Shown here: positions 57,774-64,000 of the stretch, piece by piece | Layout of the letters: each line of letters begins with the position of its first letter | How positions within the stretch are numbered: the first letter of the stretch is position 1 | Assembly (NCBI GenBank): GCA_963771175.1 | Contig: CAVYSY010000026.1 | Location: 480,001-544,000 of the forward strand | Reading direction: 5' to 3' | Source of the DNA: an uncultured delta proteobacterium | GTDB lineage: Bacteria > Myxococcota > Myxococcia > Myxococcales > Myxococcaceae | Length of the DNA stretch: 64,000 bases | Notes under the pieces: model-generated | Told to the model about the DNA's origin: nothing | Databases searched by the model: none | What the model saw: only the letters and a program-made list of their open reading frames with translations | Program-made: the position numbers and the translations under genes

Positions 57774-58814
57774 TCAGTTGCCCTCGTCGTCCGAGGGCTC
57801 GTCGGCGGGGGTGGCGGCCCCCGTGTTGGTGGCGTCCTCGGGCTTGTTGCGGGGGATGCCGAAGCGGTCCAGCGCGTCGGCGATACCCTGCGGCTTGTCC
57901 ACGTCCGGCAGGAAGTCCTGGGGCGGCTGCAACCGGGGGTCCTGGCCAATCTCACTCAGCGCGGAATCCAGCACCATGCGCAGCTCGGCGGCGCCCCCCA
58001 CGTCGTTGGCGGGCACCGTGATGCGCCCATCGAGGCGGGCCTTGAGGACCGCGGACGTCTCGGCGTCCACCAGCACCTCGCCGCTCAGGGACTTGGGGGT
58101 GCGGTTCTCGAAGAAGGCCAGGCGGCGCTTCGTGGTGTCATCGCGGCCGTGCTTGGGCTCGAGGAGCGCGGGGAGGACGGCCGGGGTGGTGCCCGTGTCG
58201 CCTTCCGGCCCCAGCTCCACGACGTAGCGCCAGGCGGTGCGGCCCTCATGGGTGACGGTGCCCTGGGGGGCCAGGTGCAGCCGGCCCCGGAAGAGCGAGT
58301 CCACGTCGCGGATGGCGCCGGTGAGCTCCGTGCGGGTGCGCTCGGCCATGCCCCGGTCGCGCAGGCGCTGGCGGAAGGTGCCGTAGCGGTTGCGGGCGTA
58401 CACCTTGCCCTCCACGCGCATCACCTCCAGGCCCTGGTCGCGACTGTTCTCCAGCACACCATGGAAGTCGCCGCCGACCCCGCCGCGGCCGGCCCGGAAG
58501 GTCCGGGTTTCCGACAGTTTGACGGGGGTGGTGCCCGGGGCGCCGGCCCACTCGTAGCTGACGGTGGCCTTGTAGGTGTGGGGGCCGAGGCGCTCGGTCA
58601 CCTCGGCGGCGTCCATGGACAGGATGCGGCGCGCCACGCGGGGATTGTCCGCCACGTCCTCGGGCGGAAGCTTCTCGGCGGCCGAGGCCACCACCTTGGG
58701 CGGGTCCTCGGGAGAGAAGATGCGCACCTTGGCCGCCTTGTCGACGGGGTCCTGACAGCCCACGGCGGCGAGCGCCAGGGCGGCGGCGATGGCGAACTTC
58801 TGGAAACGGGTCAC
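57774..58814 (-). CDS. Hypothetical lipoprotein
   Basis: Lipobox AAVGC after a hydrophobic stretch; intact 346-aa ORF with typical codon use. Confidence 0.7.
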   Translation of the reverse strand: MTRFQKFAIAAALALAAVGCQDPVDKAAKVRIFSPEDPPKVVASAAEKLPPEDVADNPRVARRILSMDAAEVTERLGPHTYKATVSYEWAGAPGTTPVKLSETRTFRAGRGGVGGDFHGVLENSRDQGLEVMRVEGKVYARNRYGTFRQRLRDRGMAERTRTELTGAIRDVDSLFRGRLHLAPQGTVTHEGRTAWRYVVELGPEGDTGTTPAVLPALLEPKHGRDDTTKRRLAFFENRTPKSLSGEVLVDAETSAVLKARLDGRITVPANDVGGAAELRMVLDSALSEIGQDPRLQPPQDFLPDVDKPQGIADALDRFGIPRNKPEDATNTGAATPADEPSDDEGN

Positions 58815-58916
58815 GGCTCCTCCGGCTCCAAGCGGGGGTTGCCCAAATTACGGGGTGGGTGCTGGAGCGGCAAGGGACGGCTTGCGCGCGGCAATGTACG
58901 GGATAGAACGCCTTTT

Positions 58917-59780
58917 ATGCAGAACCTGCGTGACAAGCTCTTGAAGGCCGGCCTGGTCTCCGAGGACCAGGCGAAGAAGGCGGAGACCACCCCAGCCGCT
59001 CGCCGTCCCACGCCCTCCCTGGCGCCTCGGCGTGAGGGACCGCCTTCCGGCGGGGAGAGGGACGCGCGCGAAGCCCGCGAGCCGCGCGGCCGCGAGGAGC
59101 GCCCACCGCGCCGAGAAGGTGGACGGCCCGAGGGTGGGCGTCCCCAGGGCGGGCGCCCCCAGGGAGGTGGCCGTCCTCAGGGAGGTGGCCGTCCTCAGGG
59201 CGGGCGCCCCCAGGGTGGACGTCCTCAGGGCGGGCGACCGGGCGTGGAGTCGGCTGGCAGCGTGGTTCCCAAGCTGCCGCCACTGCCGGGCTCGAAGGCG
59301 GCCCAGCGGATCGAATCCAAGAAGCAGGCGGAGCAGGACCGGAAGCTGCGCGAGCTCGTCCACAACGGGCAGGTGCCCGTGGACGTGGGCGCCACCGTCT
59401 TCTACTTCATGACGCGCAAGGGCAAGCTGCGCCGGCTGGAGCTGACCGAGACACAGGCCAAGCAGCTCGAGGAGGGCGTGCTGGCGGTGGTGGAGCGGCC
59501 GGAGCCGGCTCAAATCGAGCACTCGCTGGTGCCGGCGGAGGTGGCCGAGCAGATGTACGCCCTCTCCCAGAAGTCGGTGCGCTTCCTCAACCGGAAGGAC
59601 ATGCCCGTCGGCTTCATGAACGACGACCAGCTCAAGGCGCAGCAGGCGGCGGAAGCGGCGGGCGAGGTGCAGGAGGTGGAGGAGGACGAGTCCACCGAGG
59701 GCGGCGAGGAGTCCGGCACGGAGGAAGCCGCCGCCGAGGGCACGCCGACGCCCGAGGGCTCCGAGCCCACGCAGTCCTGA
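58917..59780 (+). CDS. DUF2058/YaiL-like protein with GGRPQ repeat insert and acidic tail
   Basis: MQNLRDKLLKAGLVSE start, six GGRP(Q/E) units, FYFMTRKGKLRRLE...QLEEGVLAVVE. Confidence 0.7.
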   Translation: MQNLRDKLLKAGLVSEDQAKKAETTPAARRPTPSLAPRREGPPSGGERDAREAREPRGREERPPRREGGRPEGGRPQGGRPQGGGRPQGGGRPQGGRPQGGRPQGGRPGVESAGSVVPKLPPLPGSKAAQRIESKKQAEQDRKLRELVHNGQVPVDVGATVFYFMTRKGKLRRLELTETQAKQLEEGVLAVVERPEPAQIEHSLVPAEVAEQMYALSQKSVRFLNRKDMPVGFMNDDQLKAQQAAEAAGEVQEVEEDESTEGGEESGTEEAAAEGTPTPEGSEPTQS

Positions 59781-59810
59781 GCACTCCCACCCCACTTTGA
59801 ACCTCACCAC

Positions 59811-59843
59811 GGGCCCCGGCGAACACCGGGGCCCGTTTCATTT
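59811..59843 (+). terminator. Hairpin terminator between convergent genes
   Basis: GGGCCCCGG-loop-CCGGGGCCC followed by GTTTCATTT. Confidence 0.55.
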
Positions 59844-59855
59844 CCCCCGGTGCGG

Positions 59856-61301
<1,446 letters not shown>

Positions 61302-61533
61302 GTGAAATGGCTCCGGGTTCAGAAGAGGCTGCCCCTCCATTACACCACCCCGGGCCTCAATGGGCGGGCCTGTCGTGGGGCCCGTCTTCCGCACGTCAGG
61401 ACTCCCGCTTCCCAGGCTGGAAACACGGGCGGTGCTGACGCACCGCGGCGGAGTGAGCACGACACGCGAGCGGTTGAGCTCCCAACTCCGTGTTATTCCA
61501 GAAACCCGCCCTGTGCCCTGGCCCGGAGATACG

Positions 61534-62376
61534 GTGTCCTCTCTTCAATCTGGCTCGCCCTCGATTCGGGCTCAGTCGCCTGCGAAATTCCTCCTCGCCA
61601 TCGCGGCCGCCGCGTGCCTCTGCGTCTCCTGCACCACAACCCCGTACGCTCCGCGCGGCTCGCCCTCTTGGGGTGAGCAGCTCACCGGCGGACGCTCCCA
61701 GTTCCACCAGTCGTGCGGAGCTACCTGCGCCGCCCCGGTCAATGCGAGCACCGGGGAGATGCTCGCGCCGGCAGCGGCCCGGGTCAGTCCCGTGGTCGAG
61801 AAGGTCGTCCAGGCTGTTGAGGCCGCCCAGGGATTCATCACCGTCACCAGGTTTCTCGACGAAGCACAGAAAGGCATCGTCGAGGACATCCTGCGCGGGT
61901 GCGTGCGAGAGGCCAATACGAAGGTGGACGATGAACTCTTCGGGAAAGGGCGGTCCTTGCCCGACTCCGAGTGCAACAAAGAACCAACCGTCCGGGACAA
62001 GCTCGCCCCTGATTGGCGGAGGCACCTCGGGAAGCTGAAGCATGCCGTTGCCTTCGAATGCATTCAGCGGCGGCTCTCGGAGAAGTTCCCCGATAACTTC
62101 TCCATCGAGCCGCGCCTCCGAAGAGACGAACTCACCCGGGAGGTGCTACTCACCGACAGGCGAGCCGGCTCGTTGAAGCCGGATATCGTCCTCCACTTCA
62201 CTCGCAACATCACTCGGATTCAGTGCATCTATGACCTCAAGTTCCCCTGCGGCTACGCAGTGGGTAGCAACCCATGGTCACCCGATGTTGTTTTGCAAAT
62301 GAGGTCCTACGGAGGCCTCGGCGGTGAGTGCCCACCTGCCCTCGTCACCCCTCAGTATGGCATCGTTCGCCAATAA
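61534..62376 (+). CDS. Lipoprotein polymorphic toxin with PD-(D/E)xK (VRR-Nuc/TseV-like) C-terminus
   Basis: GGAG RBS plus GTG, lipobox CLCVSC, LKPDIVLH...IYDLKFPC, followed directly by DUF3396 immunity. Confidence 0.72.
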   Translation: MSSLQSGSPSIRAQSPAKFLLAIAAAACLCVSCTTTPYAPRGSPSWGEQLTGGRSQFHQSCGATCAAPVNASTGEMLAPAAARVSPVVEKVVQAVEAAQGFITVTRFLDEAQKGIVEDILRGCVREANTKVDDELFGKGRSLPDSECNKEPTVRDKLAPDWRRHLGKLKHAVAFECIQRRLSEKFPDNFSIEPRLRRDELTREVLLTDRRAGSLKPDIVLHFTRNITRIQCIYDLKFPCGYAVGSNPWSPDVVLQMRSYGGLGGECPPALVTPQYGIVRQ

Positions 62377-62384
62377 GAGAGCCG

Positions 62385-63401
62385 ATGCCCTCGACCTACC
62401 CGCGAGTCCGAATACCCGGCCCTGTCAAATACACCTCTTCAACCTCGGGGTCAGGGGTCGTTGAACACTCGTGGGACCGCCTCATCGCACGAGACCTCGT
62501 GCGCATCGTCTTCTTCGTGCCTCGCGACCATTTCGATATCGCGGCGGGGGTATCCCATGCCCTCGACAGTTACCTGAGCGCAGTGGAGGGTCGCCCGAGC
62601 GCCTTGTTCGAATACACCTGCTGCTACTGGGAGCCGTCCAGGCTCGACGACAGGGGTTGGGAGCTCATTCGAGACACCCTGAACCCGAAAGAGCGCAGGT
62701 ACTTCGACGATTACGATGAGGATGAGGCCTTTCATCCAGAGAAGGCCGGTGCGGAGCCCTACTTCGGCATCTACGGTGAACAGGACAGCGGCTTCTCCTT
62801 CGCGTACCACGCGCGCATTCCGTGGCGCGACGCACTGCCCAGCAGCGTGAGTGTCCTCCGCGCCTCCCTGCCAACGGAATACCTCGAGGAGCGGGGGGCT
62901 GGCTTCGTGCGCGAGCTCGTCCTCGACATGGCATCCCGGCTTCCCTTTGCCTCCGGGCACGCGGGCCTTGCGCTTGAGGTCGCGTCCTCCAGCCTGGACC
63001 GATTCGATAGCCTGCGCCCACTGATTTTCCGTCATCCCGGCTTCGATATTCGGGACGCCAGCATTCACGACAATCTCGGCACCCGGGTGGATGGAGTCCA
63101 CTGGATGAACTTCCTGGGCCCGCCCGTGATTGACGAACTCGGGGGGGCAGCGGGCCTCCGCGCGAAGCTCCAATCCTCCTCCACCGTGCAGGAACTAGAC
63201 GGAGAGCGCGTGCTGGTGACCCTGGGGCCAGAGCCCGAAGCAGGAGACCTGGCTCATGGCCAGCCCCTCCCCGCGTACCGCGAACTCGCGCGGGTGCTGG
63301 AGCCCTGGCAGGAGCCATTCCCTTGGGAGTTTCTCCACCACCAGGGCCGCGCCACCGAGGAGCAGGAACTGCGTCGCTGGTGGAGGCGCTTCCTCGACTG
63401 A
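62385..63401 (+). CDS. DUF3396 (TsiV-family) immunity protein
   Basis: LPTEYLEERG, LPFASGHAGLA, RHPGFDI, DGVHWMNFLG, GDL...LPAYRELARVLEP, RRWWRRFLD. Confidence 0.85.
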   Translation: MPSTYPRVRIPGPVKYTSSTSGSGVVEHSWDRLIARDLVRIVFFVPRDHFDIAAGVSHALDSYLSAVEGRPSALFEYTCCYWEPSRLDDRGWELIRDTLNPKERRYFDDYDEDEAFHPEKAGAEPYFGIYGEQDSGFSFAYHARIPWRDALPSSVSVLRASLPTEYLEERGAGFVRELVLDMASRLPFASGHAGLALEVASSSLDRFDSLRPLIFRHPGFDIRDASIHDNLGTRVDGVHWMNFLGPPVIDELGGAAGLRAKLQSSSTVQELDGERVLVTLGPEPEAGDLAHGQPLPAYRELARVLEPWQEPFPWEFLHHQGRATEEQELRRWWRRFLD

Positions 63402-63456
63402 TGCAGCGGAGGAGAGAAGCAATAGCACCTGGGGGCTGCCCGCCCCCCCGAAAGGC

Positions 63457-63582
63457 TCAGCTGAAGGCGTCGTAGCCGGTGCTGGCCTTGCCGAGTACCA
63501 GCGTGTGCATCTTGGCCCACACCACGGCCACGTTGGCGAGGGTGCCATTCGTAATCCACGTCTTCGAGCCGTTGGGCACCCA
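63457..63582 (-). pseudogene. Collapsed acyl-CoA (glutaryl-CoA-like) dehydrogenase remnant
   Basis: WVPNGSKTWITNGTLANVAVVWAK fused directly to MHTLVLGKASTGYDAFS*. Confidence 0.65.
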
Positions 63583-64000
63583 GCGCCCGCTGCCGGACGG
63601 CACGACGCACCTGCCCTTCACTGGGCTGGAACTTTTACGGCGTGTGGCGTCCCTGGTGCCTCCGCCTCGGGCAAACCTCACGAGGCTCCACGGCGTCTTC
63701 GCTCCAGGCGCCAAACTGCGGCCATTTCTGGTCCCCCAGGCGGAGGAGGAGAGCGCGGGGATTGAGGCAGCGGCCAGAAAGGAGCGGCGGATGAAGGAGA
63801 CAACGCCGCGAGGGGACTGGGCGGAGCTGCTGCGCAGGACGTTCGACTTCGACGTGTTCGCCTGCGTGCGGTGTGGAGGCAGGCGACGGGTTTTGGCGTA
63901 CATGAAGGGAGCAGGAGGGGGACGAGCGATTCTCGCTCACCTGGGCTTGCCCACGGCAGGTGCGCGCCTGGCTCCGGCGCGAGGGCCTTCCCAGTCCGCG
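63583..64000 (+). mobile_element. IS91-family (Y2 rolling-circle) transposase, 3' fragment; runs off the window
   Basis: RPLPDGTTHLPFTGLELLRRVASLVPPPRANLTRLHGVFAPGAKLR...WAELLRRTFDFDVFACVRCGGRRRVLA...ILAHLGLP. Confidence 0.85.

Overview
High-GC myxobacterial chromosomal window, probably Archangiaceae/Myxococcaceae (inferred from a RecA1-type RecA, DUF2378, a DUF2381 plus Ser/Thr kinase pair, Uma2, double-CXXCG and DUF3396 immunity genes). The backbone is housekeeping: comM/yifB, ndh, plsC, recA, cinA, pssA, HU, ltaE, nth, def, priA, two RluA synthases, amtB and M20/M3-type peptidases. Many core genes carry single-base indels, densest at about 6.4-11.3, 41.5-44 and 50.6-51.1 kb. These are most likely sequencing or assembly errors, so frameshifted genes are reconstructed by eye and their ends are approximate. 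Accessory content: (i) a decaying defence/conflict island between priA and rluA (25.3-31.8 kb) with a PaeR7I/XhoI-type R-M pair, an HNH remnant, kinase plus DUF2381, and a toxin remnant with intact immunity gene; (ii) a TVP38/flavoprotein reductase/TIGR04282/TIGR04283 operon without its radical SAM partner; (iii) a lipoprotein nuclease toxin with DUF3396 immunity next to an IS91 remnant at the right end. The most novel-looking signals are a leader-peptide attenuator upstream of an aminotransferase-amidase operon (53.8-53.9 kb), a stand-alone sigma70 region-4-like protein with a degenerate recognition helix (57.2-57.6 kb), a pseudo-receiver/coiled-coil/HPD-less J protein, and two families of covarying palindromic repeats. 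No rRNA, tRNA or CRISPR array was found. All family assignments come from motif recognition, not database searches.
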